Assembly: GCA_937922235.1 (NCBI GenBank)
Contig: CAKZVC010000027.1
Coordinates: 11,968-75,967 of the forward strand
Length of the DNA stretch: 64,000 bases
DNA from: an uncultured Acidimicrobiales bacterium
GTDB taxonomy: Bacteria > Actinomycetota > Acidimicrobiia > Acidimicrobiales > SHLQ01
Reading direction: 5' to 3'
How positions within the stretch are numbered: the first letter of the stretch is position 1; each line of letters begins with the position of its first letter. The notes beneath the pieces were generated by a model. That model ran no database searches and had not been told where the DNA came from. It saw only the letters and a program-made list of their open reading frames with translations. The position numbers and the translations under genes were made by a program. Shown here piece after piece: positions 9,365 through 17,851 of this stretch.

Positions 9365-9688
9365 ATGCCGAAGTACATGCTGACCTATCACGGAACGATG
9401 TCTATGGAAGACATGCCAACCGACCCTGAAGCCATCGGACAGATGATGGCCGTTTGGGGCGCTTGGTACGAGAGCATGGGCGACGCCCTGGTCGACGGTG
9501 GAGCACCCACTTCGCACTCGACGGCGATCGACGCCAACGGTGCAGTCGATGCGCCGGCAAGCCTCACCGGCTACACCATCGTCGACTGTGCTGACATGGC
9601 AGCTGCGACCGCTATTGCCGAAGGCAGCCCCGTGCTCGCCGGCGGCCACACGGTGCAGATTTCCGAGTGCATCGACATGGGGATGTAG
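9365..9688 (+). CDS. YciI/DGPF-like family protein
   Basis: ATG at 9365 preceded by AGGAGGA. MPKYMLTYHG... start and ...GYTIVDCADMAAATAIAEGSP... are typical of YCII-related proteins. Confidence 0.6.
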   Translation: MPKYMLTYHGTMSMEDMPTDPEAIGQMMAVWGAWYESMGDALVDGGAPTSHSTAIDANGAVDAPASLTGYTIVDCADMAAATAIAEGSPVLAGGHTVQISECIDMGM

Positions 9689-9708
9689 CGGACCGAGGTG
9701 TAGTGCAA

Positions 9709-9794
9709 CCTGGTCCCGCGGGACCAGGGGCAAATCGTCGTGTCACACCCCACGAGTAGGCTGACTAGCGAAGCTTGCGAGCACCGTCAGCCTA
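9709..9794. repeat. 86-bp structured repeat, left (inverted) copy
   Basis: Reverse complement of 10906-10991 with 5 mismatches (hand alignment). Contains the 20-bp perfect palindrome cctggtcccgcgggaccagg (9709-9728) and a 9-bp stem TAGGCTGAC/GTCAGCCTA (9757-9794) around an AAGCTT-containing loop. Confidence 0.85.
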
Positions 9795-9830
9795 GGTCTT
9801 GGCCAATGAGTGGCTCACAAAATTCAATCT

Positions 9831-10823
9831 CTAGCTCGCTTGCTGGTGTCGGAAGCGATGGCACGTGGCGCACCGGAGTTCGAGCTCATCGACAACCGTC
9901 CGCTTGGACTCCTCGTAGTCAGGCACGTGGTCGTACTGAAGCAGTTCGCTGCTGCCGCAATCAAGGCACGTTCGGTCCCGCTCTTTCACCACACGTTTCT
10001 GCCGAGCGGTCGGATGGCGTTGCCGAGACGACGCGTTGATCGGACGGCCTTCGGCATCGTGAATGAGAGCTCGGATGAAGGACTCCCCGATCAAGCTGGC
10101 GACCGAGCTCATGGTCAGCGGGGTTCCGTCGTCGAGCGTCGATCCGTCACCCCGAACGTGGATGACGACTTCGGCCGCCACACTCGCTCCCCCATCGCCG
10201 AGCACCTCGACGAGCGCATCGGCCCGTTGCTGAGCGAGCGAGGGCCATTCGGTATCCGCCTCCTTGGGTTGATGCGCTTGACGCATGACCTGAGCGTCGA
10301 TCGCCGCAGCAAAGACGCCCGCTGCTGCCGGGCTTAGTCGACCAGCGACACTGACCATCCCATCACGCTCTGTCTGCCACCGGAGTGAGCGGGCGTCGTG
10401 ATGACGAGCATCGATGGCCTCGTCGTGTTCGTAACGCTGGAGCCACGCCGCAATCGCCTGCCCAAGCTCGCTCGCTGGCACGGTTTCCGCCAGCTCGAGG
10501 AGATCGAGCTCGTTCTCGGGAGTGGCCGACCGCGTTAGTTCCTTGGCCTTGCTGAACGAGATCCGGTGGCCACTCAACGCCTCAGCTGTCGCGGGCAGCT
10601 CTCGAAGACAACGCCCGATGCGAATCCACTCGTTCGCCGTGCGATGTGCGATCTCCAGCTTGTCAGCAATCCACCGACTTGCCGACGAGTACCCTGCGAG
10701 TGCCCACTCGGTGCTGTCTGCGAAGTCGGCCGCGAGGTGGACCACCTGTGACTGATTGTCGTTCGCTTCCCAGCCGATCTCGACCAGTTGCTCGCCGATA
10801 ACTCCCATGCCCAGAACCTTCAT
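9831..10823 (-). CDS. HNH endonuclease with DUF222-type N-terminal domain (REP13E12-like family)
   Basis: C-terminal ...RDRTCLDCGSSELLQYDHVPDYEESKRTVVDELELRCATCHRFRH (HNH). The N-terminal helical region matches the DUF222 pattern. Confidence 0.85.
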   Translation of the reverse strand: MKVLGMGVIGEQLVEIGWEANDNQSQVVHLAADFADSTEWALAGYSSASRWIADKLEIAHRTANEWIRIGRCLRELPATAEALSGHRISFSKAKELTRSATPENELDLLELAETVPASELGQAIAAWLQRYEHDEAIDARHHDARSLRWQTERDGMVSVAGRLSPAAAGVFAAAIDAQVMRQAHQPKEADTEWPSLAQQRADALVEVLGDGGASVAAEVVIHVRGDGSTLDDGTPLTMSSVASLIGESFIRALIHDAEGRPINASSRQRHPTARQKRVVKERDRTCLDCGSSELLQYDHVPDYEESKRTVVDELELRCATCHRFRHQQAS

Positions 10824-10905
10824 CTCGATGATCCGGGCGGTCTTCGTTGCGGACTGCCGACGCTGTCTTGGGGAGCATTTACCCCGTCACGAACTGCTCA
10901 ATACA

Positions 10906-10991
10906 TAGGCTGACGGTGCTCGCAAGCTTCGCTAGTCAGCCTACTGATGGGGTGTGACACGACGTTCGGCCCCTGGTCCCGCGGGACCAGG
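10906..10991. repeat. 86-bp structured repeat, right copy
   Basis: See 9709-9794. Palindrome at 10972-10991. Confidence 0.85.
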
Positions 10992-11114
10992 TGGTCACGG
11001 CGCCGCCCCCAGACAGGGGTGCACACACCCCCACCAAGATGCTCCTAGCCACCATGGTCGCTCATCGGTGGTTCCCGCAGGGTGTGTGTAACAACACCGT
11101 GAAGGGACAAGAAG

Positions 11115-12692
11115 ATGCGGGCACGACCAAGACATACTCACCGGCTTTGGATAGCCGCTTTAGCTCTTGCGCTGATGGCGACTGCCTGTGGCAGCGACGC
11201 CGCAGTGCAGGCCACAGAACAAGACAACGTCGCAATCGGGGCGCCATCGGATGGCGAATCGGGTGAAGCCCCTCCTGAGAATCCCAATCCCGTCGAGGAC
11301 AGTGACGGCAGCGAGGACTACCCCGACGTCACCGAAACCGAAGCGGTACACAGCGATACGGTCACCGACCCCGAGCCGGATGAAGAGCACGGCGACGACG
11401 GTGCCGTCGACCCCGAAGGCGACGTTCCACACGACGACTTCCTTCATGACCCTGCCGCTCCCGGAGTCTTGATGATCGCGGAGGAAGCAGTCGGCGAAGA
11501 GGTCGGCGCCACCATGGCGCTCGATGCCGATACGTCGCTACCAGTGCTCACCGTCGACTACGGAACGGCGAGCGCAGAGATCGCCTTCACCCTGCCGCAC
11601 TACGACATTGGCGGAGCGAAGCTCACGCTTGCGAATGGCGATGTCATCGACCTGAGCGAACCATCGCTCGGGTATCCGTCGACGGCCGTAACGCTCGAAG
11701 CGCCAATCCCAGGATCTGACTCGGATTGGGCACGATTCGCCACGTCTTTTCTCGCTGGCACGACCTCGTTCGATATCGACGGGAACCGTGCAATCATCAC
11801 TGGCCGAATCGGAACAAACACCATTGCGCAGATCCAACACCTTGTCGATGAACACCCTGAGGTCGACACACTGGTGCTCGCCCAGATCGATGGCGCCGTC
11901 GAAGACCACATCGAAGCCACCTTTGGGCGAGTTGATCCGTGGCGGTTCACCCAACTCGCCAGCGACCTCATCCGTGAGCACGGGTTCACAACGGTGATAC
12001 CGGTAGACGGTCGAGTAACCGATCGCGGCTTGCTTCTCTTCGCCGGCGGCGAGGAGCGCATCGTCGAAAGCACAGAAGGTGCCTTCCACGAGCAGCAAGT
12101 CGGCGAACTGAGTGTTCGGGCCGAATGTTGCGGCCTGACCGCGGACGACGCTGACTCCGACGTCTTCTACGACCAATACTCAGCCGTACACGAAGCTGAC
12201 GTTCAACGATGGTCGTCGCTGTTGGGCGAGGAAGCTGGCACGGCGCTGGCGCTCCACCTTGCACAACAGTCGATCGGCGGACCACACCAGCTCAGTCGAG
12301 TTGAGCTCGACGCGTTCAACCTGGTGACGACACCAGCCGCCCTAAGCACTGCGACCGACTTCGCTCCGATTGCCGATGACCCGGCCCTCGGCTCACTCGA
12401 CCTCAACATCACGGTCAGCCGGCCAGAAGAGCTCCTCGACGCCATCGCCAAGGCGTTCAACGCAGCGCAAGCCGACGTCGAAGAGGGACGCGAGGTCGCA
12501 ACGCCGTGGGTCGTTACCCACGGCGACACCACATTGGGCTATCTACTTATCGAGGGCGGCCTCGACGACGCCGTCCGAGGCCAACTGTCGGCCCTCGTGC
12601 TCGAGGGTGACGACAGCTTTGGTTGGGTCGCCACGGACGTGTCGAACCGCTACCTCTGCTCACGAGGCCTTAGCGACGGCCTGTGCATCTGA
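11115..12692 (+). CDS. Secreted lipoprotein, acidic N-terminal linker, function unknown (525 aa)
   Basis: Lipobox LALALMATAC|GSD after a basic N-terminus, followed by an Asp/Glu/Pro-rich linker. Confidence 0.7.
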   Translation: MRARPRHTHRLWIAALALALMATACGSDAAVQATEQDNVAIGAPSDGESGEAPPENPNPVEDSDGSEDYPDVTETEAVHSDTVTDPEPDEEHGDDGAVDPEGDVPHDDFLHDPAAPGVLMIAEEAVGEEVGATMALDADTSLPVLTVDYGTASAEIAFTLPHYDIGGAKLTLANGDVIDLSEPSLGYPSTAVTLEAPIPGSDSDWARFATSFLAGTTSFDIDGNRAIITGRIGTNTIAQIQHLVDEHPEVDTLVLAQIDGAVEDHIEATFGRVDPWRFTQLASDLIREHGFTTVIPVDGRVTDRGLLLFAGGEERIVESTEGAFHEQQVGELSVRAECCGLTADDADSDVFYDQYSAVHEADVQRWSSLLGEEAGTALALHLAQQSIGGPHQLSRVELDAFNLVTTPAALSTATDFAPIADDPALGSLDLNITVSRPEELLDAIAKAFNAAQADVEEGREVATPWVVTHGDTTLGYLLIEGGLDDAVRGQLSALVLEGDDSFGWVATDVSNRYLCSRGLSDGLCI

Positions 12693-12721
12693 TGCAATCC
12701 GTGCGGCCGCCCTCGTGGAAG

Positions 12722-12880
12722 TCAGTCGGGGTTGTAACCGACGCCTTCCATGAGGCGGCTGCGGCGGCTACCCATTGCTGGGAGGGCCGGCGGCGCTTCG
12801 TAGTCGGCTGGGCGAGGCTCGTGGGTGGCGCCGACGACGATGTCCTCAGCGAATCCATAGAGCTCCGGCGACGATGCCGC
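12722..12880 (-). pseudogene. Orphan 3'-terminal fragment (direct-repeat copy A) of the 120-aa membrane gene at 16946-17308
   Basis: 12726-12880 aligns to 16950-17115 with 9 mismatches and one 11-bp indel. It encodes ...LYGFAEDIVVGATHEPRPADYEAPPALPAMGSRRSRLMEGVGYNPD plus TGA but has no 5' part. Confidence 0.8.
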
Positions 12881-13156
12881 AGTTCACCCTCAATCCAAAA
12901 GCTGATGCGCCGTGCCGGCGCCCACTGGGGTGTGCGCCTTCCGACCAACGAGGTTCGAGACAGAAAGCGCTGACAACTGCGAACAATTGAGGAGCTCCTC
13001 GCCGTCTAAAAGCCCGGCTGCTCCCCCGAGCAGTACGACCAGTCTCGGGAAGAGGAGTGGAGCCAGACGTTCTAAGCGAGAGCTAGCCGTTCACCCTCCG
13101 TACTTGCTCATCGGGGACGGTCGTGCGTGACATTGCGCAACCAATTTGAACTCAGA

Positions 13157-15661
13157 CTATGAGTTATCTCGACCATAGGCGTGCTCCACGTGTCCGCGAA
13201 ACTCGAGGAATTCGATGAGTACCCGTTCAGGCTGCGAGCCAAGATAAGAGCCATACAGCTTGGAAATACCAGATTGTGCCCTAACGACCTCGTCCTTGTT
13301 GAGGTAGTCCCCAACGCCCGAACTGGACCAAGCTGGAATGGTTCTCGCTGCAACCTCGAATGCCGTTGCCGTATAGCCCGAAGCATATGCAGCCGCCCCG
13401 ATGAGTGAAGCACCAAGGACACTGGGTGCCTCGCTGTCAAGTATTGAATCGCGGTACCAGCGCCAAAGCTGAGAAGCATGAAATGGATCTCGCCACTGAA
13501 ACGACGCAACGAGCGCACTTGTCACTCGAAGCCAAGTTGATGCAGTTGTTGTAGCGTCGTTCACACGCGACGCAGTCATGGAAAGCACAAGTGTTGAAGA
13601 GTCTTGTGGGCCATCGTCGAATGAGATTTCGAGAGCAAGTGCGTACAGCTGAGCTGTGTGATCAGCTCGATCGGCCTCGTCGGTAAGATTCTGTAGAGCT
13701 CCCGCAAGTAAGATGGAGACTCGGTTCGTGAATTGCCGTAGTTGGCTAACTGTCGCGATTGCCTCAACGAGCAAAGCTCTTTGGCGTTCGTTTGTAGCAT
13801 CACCGAAACAGCGAACGAGCGATTGGATAGAGGATTGCAAGGCGGGTGCGACCGCGGCATCAGCCCCTGGACGGGCGCCTCGGCCACGTTCGATCCACAA
13901 CAGATGGTGGCCGATGTGATCGCGAAGATCCCTAGCCACCCTCAACGTGCGACCTCGGTTACCTCGACCTGCCTCGGCTACCAAGACTTCGATCATTGAC
14001 GAGGCGCTCTCCTCGACGGCTTCGACTGCAGCAGAGGATCGTGAGCGAAAGACCGTTCGGGCTTGTGCGACCTGCAGTTGGTCAGGCCACCGATGCGCGT
14101 TCGGAACGATACCTGCGACCTCATGACCTTCAGGGACGATGTTTCCAAGACCGCCAACAACCTCGAGCTTCAACTCACCCGTACTCCACGGCGGACGACG
14201 CCCCAGACGTTGAAGATGCCGTTTTGAGAGGGTGTGAAACCCCTGTCGTTCGGAGTGAATCACGATGCGTGAGCGCTGGCTAGCTCTGAACGAGTCGTGA
14301 GAGACGAAACGGGAGTCCAAGACAAAATTTCTTACCGCCAGCATCCTCCGCTGGAGCCAACCAAACCTAAGTCCGGCCCAGCTGACCAAGAGCTGTTGCG
14401 ACTGGCTAAAGCGGTGGACGGCAATAACGCTGTCGGTACTCCGAACGAGCGACACCAAAGACCCGGCGACTAAGGCGGTGAGACAAGTGAACCCCAACAA
14501 CTGTCCGCGCAGGAGGTGCTGTCTGGAGTCCTCGAACCATCGTTGATCAAGCAAATATGTAATAAGGAGGAGTCCTAGAAGCGTGGCGTACCCCGCACGA
14601 ACCGGTAGTGAGAACGAAGAATGACGTCCGATCGAGCCTGGCAGGCGACCTGCTGCAATCTGTGCAGAGACAAGTTGTGCTGTGATAAGGACACCTGCAA
14701 CTGCAAGCGTCTCGGAGAGTCCAATTGCGCTGTTGGGCGTGACTTGATCAAGGCCAGGTCCAAAGATCGCCGCAGTGATTAGTGCTAGGGGAATTGCTGG
14801 AACCGCACGAGCAAGGATCGCCCTTACCCCCAGCGTGCGTGCAAGTGTGTCCGGCCGACCTTCCACAGCTGCGGCGGTCCCGTGACGTGCCAGCGCCGCG
14901 CAGAAAGTCTGAATCTCTTTGGCTGTGTACTCAGAATACGCGAAGAGCCTGTTCGCCCGGGCTGAGTTGTTCTTTGTTGCAGTCGCAAACCCGATTGCGG
15001 CTGCAGATCGTGCAACACCGCTTTGATCTTCGCTCGCCAGCTTCGCCACTAACTCATCAAGCTGTGGGTGCGACGCCACGATTGACCTGGCTGCCTGGAC
15101 AGCAGCGACTTGAATCGGAGAAAAGACGTATGGGCTTTGAGGAATAACAGCGCGCTGAAGACAGTGTTCTAATAGTGCCCCGGCGTCATCAGATCGGAGC
15201 GATGCTGCGACGCGAGATATCGCGATGAGCGCGGCTACGTAGCCGTCACGAGGGAGTTCATTAGGAGACAGGCAAACGTTCTCCCAGAGTTCAACCGATC
15301 TTTGAGATGGGTCTCGTTGCTCAGCTGCAATGGAGGTGACCGACGCTGAAACTAGGCTAGGTGACATCGTCAACCGAAGCGTGTTCGCCACCGTCAACCG
15401 CGACCCCTTTGGGTTGAGACACAACAGAGCGATCTCCGGCGCCTTGAGGACGACATCGTCAAACTCTGAAACAGTGAGCCTTGCCATGCCGTCACGCACG
15501 GCTAGAGGTGGACCAGACCTATCGAATAGAAACTTGGTCAGCCTCGCGTTTCGCTTCAAGAGCGGCAAATTCTGCTTGATCACAAGGATCAAGATCCACC
15601 TGAGAGCACCGTGTAATTTCGTTACGAACGACTGGAGCACCCGCCGTCTAACTCGCGTCAT
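13157..15661 (-). CDS. Uncharacterised 834-aa protein: helical-repeat N-terminus, central cluster of about 4 TM helices, large helical C-terminal region
   Basis: Long ORF in a lower-GC islet. ATGA overlap with the upstream ORF. Hydrophobic stretches at residues about 281-406 (14444-14821). No family confidently recognised. Confidence 0.7.
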   Translation of the reverse strand: MTRVRRRVLQSFVTKLHGALRWILILVIKQNLPLLKRNARLTKFLFDRSGPPLAVRDGMARLTVSEFDDVVLKAPEIALLCLNPKGSRLTVANTLRLTMSPSLVSASVTSIAAEQRDPSQRSVELWENVCLSPNELPRDGYVAALIAISRVAASLRSDDAGALLEHCLQRAVIPQSPYVFSPIQVAAVQAARSIVASHPQLDELVAKLASEDQSGVARSAAAIGFATATKNNSARANRLFAYSEYTAKEIQTFCAALARHGTAAAVEGRPDTLARTLGVRAILARAVPAIPLALITAAIFGPGLDQVTPNSAIGLSETLAVAGVLITAQLVSAQIAAGRLPGSIGRHSSFSLPVRAGYATLLGLLLITYLLDQRWFEDSRQHLLRGQLLGFTCLTALVAGSLVSLVRSTDSVIAVHRFSQSQQLLVSWAGLRFGWLQRRMLAVRNFVLDSRFVSHDSFRASQRSRIVIHSERQGFHTLSKRHLQRLGRRPPWSTGELKLEVVGGLGNIVPEGHEVAGIVPNAHRWPDQLQVAQARTVFRSRSSAAVEAVEESASSMIEVLVAEAGRGNRGRTLRVARDLRDHIGHHLLWIERGRGARPGADAAVAPALQSSIQSLVRCFGDATNERQRALLVEAIATVSQLRQFTNRVSILLAGALQNLTDEADRADHTAQLYALALEISFDDGPQDSSTLVLSMTASRVNDATTTASTWLRVTSALVASFQWRDPFHASQLWRWYRDSILDSEAPSVLGASLIGAAAYASGYTATAFEVAARTIPAWSSSGVGDYLNKDEVVRAQSGISKLYGSYLGSQPERVLIEFLEFRGHVEHAYGRDNS

Positions 15662-16911
15662 AGGTCGACGTGAGCAGATAGGTAGAGCTCCCTCTGATCG
15701 CTCCGTCGCATACGGTCAAGAACCGGAAGCAACCGTGCCACGTCTCGATCGAGTTCGTCGACGAGGTGTTCGAACACTCCTTCCTGAGCGAGGAGCTTTG
15801 TTCTTACTGGCCCTGCTTCCACCTGATCCATATCGATCGTATTGGTAGCAGCCAGTACAAACTTTGCAGCCCGCGCCCGCGCGATCTGAGGTATCAGGGG
15901 TAAGAGAACGCTATGACCGACCCTGGTTCCGAAATACTCCAGCCCACGTTGATGAAGCACCGGATCAAGAACTTCCTCCGCTCGTCCCGATGAATTCATC
16001 ACTCGAAAGGTGTCATTCCCGGCTATCTCCACCTTTGTCGGATCCAAACAGTACGCACCAATGGGCTCTAGCTGGTTAAACGCGAGAAATCCATTTCCTC
16101 GAACGAGGGCGTCTCGCGATGCATGGGCAAAAAACCGTTCGATTTCAAGGATACTCATACTGGCTTCAAGCTCTCTTGCCATCGAAGCGGGGAGGGCCGA
16201 ACCATGTATCTTCCACGGGTTAGACGCGATCATGTTGACCGCTCCATCGACTGCACCTCTCACTACAGCGCAGGAGTTGTATGCCCAATCACACAAGGTT
16301 CCTATGCGTTCGGCCTGGGCCGGGGAGCATACGGGCTCGTCCTCAAACATGAGTTTCAGTGAGATTCCCGCCTGACTTGATCGTGATTGAACTAGTCGTG
16401 CCGCAGATCTCCACCCGTTTTGAAGCGCATCCACAGCCTCAGCGTGCGCATGTGTGTCGGCACTCCCAGCCGCAGTTTCTAGGTCGAGATAGGACGCACC
16501 ATTCGCCATTGCTGCGCCTACCATCTCACGACGGGATAGCAGCTGCATCAGCCAATCTAGAAACGCTTCAACAATCAGACTGGCTGGTCCGTTGACGACC
16601 AGGGATACGTGAACTACCCCGACTGTCCAGGCATCTGTTGGAAGCAGATCCTGTTCAAGCTCCTGCACTTGAAACAGGAATAGGTCGGGGCTCAAATAGC
16701 CCGAGCTTTCCGCCATCGAGACATAGATCGTCATTTGCCGATCTTCGTTCGACGAAATGAGCTCACCTAGCTCGGTGATTTGAGAGCGAATAGCCTCCAC
16801 ATGCCCAGGAGATGGGTTGGCCAAACGTTGCTCAAGTAGAGCAACATCGTCCATTCTGAACGCAGTAGGAAGCTCTCGCCATGCCTTTTTTGGTCGCTCC
16901 GACTGTTCCAC
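15658..16911 (-). CDS. Uncharacterised 417-aa soluble protein
   Basis: Long ORF, GTG start 34 nt downstream of the stop of gene 16946-17308. Lower GC than the surroundings. No family confidently recognised. Confidence 0.7.
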   Translation of the reverse strand: MEQSERPKKAWRELPTAFRMDDVALLEQRLANPSPGHVEAIRSQITELGELISSNEDRQMTIYVSMAESSGYLSPDLFLFQVQELEQDLLPTDAWTVGVVHVSLVVNGPASLIVEAFLDWLMQLLSRREMVGAAMANGASYLDLETAAGSADTHAHAEAVDALQNGWRSAARLVQSRSSQAGISLKLMFEDEPVCSPAQAERIGTLCDWAYNSCAVVRGAVDGAVNMIASNPWKIHGSALPASMARELEASMSILEIERFFAHASRDALVRGNGFLAFNQLEPIGAYCLDPTKVEIAGNDTFRVMNSSGRAEEVLDPVLHQRGLEYFGTRVGHSVLLPLIPQIARARAAKFVLAATNTIDMDQVEAGPVRTKLLAQEGVFEHLVDELDRDVARLLPVLDRMRRSDQRELYLSAHVDL

Positions 16912-16945
16912 ATCTTCAGGCTAATGGACCGGGATGTACCACCAT

Positions 16946-17308
16946 CTACTCGGGGTTGTAGCCGACGCCTTCCATGAGGCGGCTGCGGCGGCTGCCCATT
17001 GCTGGGAGGGCTGGCGGGTTCTCGTAGTCGGCTGGGCGAGGCTCGTGGGTGGCGCCGACGACGATGTCCTCGGCGAATCCGTAGAGCAGCGGGAGAGCTC
17101 CGGCGACGATGCCGCCGGTGGCGTTGACGCTTTGCAGCCCAGGCTCGATAGCGGCGGTGTCGCCCTTGATCTTCCACACGAGCTCAGCGCACTCTTCGAG
17201 CAGCGTCGCTACCCGACCGAGCTGGCTGCCCAGCACGTAGAGGAAGAACGCAAGCCCGGCGATGAGCAGCGTGATGGCAACAACGGAGAGAGTGACGAGT
17301 GTGCTCAT
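16946..17308 (-). CDS. Small single-pass membrane protein, paralog 5 of a tandem array, with Pro-rich C-terminal tail (120 aa)
   Basis: N-terminal TM LVTLSVVAITLLIAGLAFFLYVL. ATGA overlap with the upstream paralog. Confidence 0.6.
   Translation of the reverse strand: MSTLVTLSVVAITLLIAGLAFFLYVLGSQLGRVATLLEECAELVWKIKGDTAAIEPGLQSVNATGGIVAGALPLLYGFAEDIVVGATHEPRPADYENPPALPAMGSRRSRLMEGVGYNPE
16950..17115. repeat. Direct-repeat copy B (inside the 3' end of the intact gene 16946-17308)
   Basis: Hand alignment to 12726-12880. Confidence 0.85.
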
Positions 17309-17592
17309 GAGCGGACCTTTTCGTAGACACGGCCCAAGAACAGGTGATGGTTCAGGCCTTCGTTCAAGACACCCTCGACGCTCGTGGCGGTCGGGCCGAT
17401 CAACGACGTGTCGCCGGTGTTCGCAGCCGCTGCCTCAAGCGTGGCTTTGATCGCCGTGACTCGGGTCTCGATTGTGCTGACGAACTTGACCAGCAAGCTG
17501 AGCAACACCACGACAGCGACAATCACGATGAAGCCCAGGATGATGGCAGTCCACCAGAGCTCTTCGTTTCGTTCGGTCAATGCAAGCAGCAT
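17305..17592 (-). CDS. Small single-pass membrane protein, paralog 4 (95 aa)
   Basis: TM WWTAIILGFIVIVAVVVLLSLLV followed by an amphipathic helix. Junction TGATCATG with the upstream gene. Confidence 0.6.
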   Translation of the reverse strand: MLLALTERNEELWWTAIILGFIVIVAVVVLLSLLVKFVSTIETRVTAIKATLEAAAANTGDTSLIGPTATSVEGVLNEGLNHHLFLGRVYEKVRS

Positions 17593-17594
17593 GA

Positions 17595-17849
17595 TCAGCC
17601 CCCCAACTTTGCTCGGCCTCGGGCGAGGCCTTCGGTGATCGCGTTCGCAGACTCGATCGTTGTTTGCAGGCCGGCTAGGCCTGCAGTGTTCTTCACCGAC
17701 TGTTCAAGCGAAGCGTTGATATCGCTCGCTCGGTTTCCAATCGAATTGGCGAGAGTCAGGATCGACACGACGAGTGCAACCACCGCAAGCACGATGATGC
17801 CGCCGAGCCAGAACCCCCAGTCCCATCCAGACGCAGCAAATACGGTCAT
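17595..17849 (-). CDS. Small single-pass membrane protein, paralog 3 (84 aa)
   Basis: TM FWLGGIIVLAVVALVVSILTL. GAGGGG upstream of the ATG. Confidence 0.6.
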   Translation of the reverse strand: MTVFAASGWDWGFWLGGIIVLAVVALVVSILTLANSIGNRASDINASLEQSVKNTAGLAGLQTTIESANAITEGLARGRAKLGG

Positions 17850-17851
17850 AG

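Larger units (their letters stand above)
9709..10991 (-). mobile_element. Candidate compact mobile unit: HNH/DUF222 gene bounded by 86-bp terminal inverted repeats
   Basis: The inverted repeats sit 36 bp and 82 bp outside the single ORF. A third solo copy lies at 28026-28110. No target-site duplication seen. Confidence 0.4.

Noticed and set aside
9690-11010. Target-site duplication flanking the inverted-repeat-bounded HNH unit.
   Set aside because: The bases just outside the repeats (...gtgtagtgcaa on the left, tggtcacggcg... on the right) show no direct repeat. No claim of a transposition footprint is made.
12881-13156. Non-coding tail of the islet, checked for an integrase remnant, a tRNA or an att core. 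It contains a weak hairpin CTGCTC-cccc-GAGCAG at 13030-13045 with a TTTT run on the minus strand.
   Set aside because: There is no open frame with recombinase-like residues and no tRNA-like structure. The hairpin has only 6 bp and the T-run is displaced, so it is too weak to annotate as a terminator.
15658-16400. The C-terminal half of the 417-aa islet protein (...SRDALVRGNGFLAFNQLEPIGAYCLDPTKVEI...VLDPVLHQRGLEYFGTRVGHSVLLPL...) reminded me of HK97-type phage portal proteins.
   Set aside because: This is only a by-eye pattern similarity over a short stretch. The protein would lack most of a portal, and no other phage structural, terminase or integrase genes are in the islet. Mentioned so it can be tested, but not used for the call.
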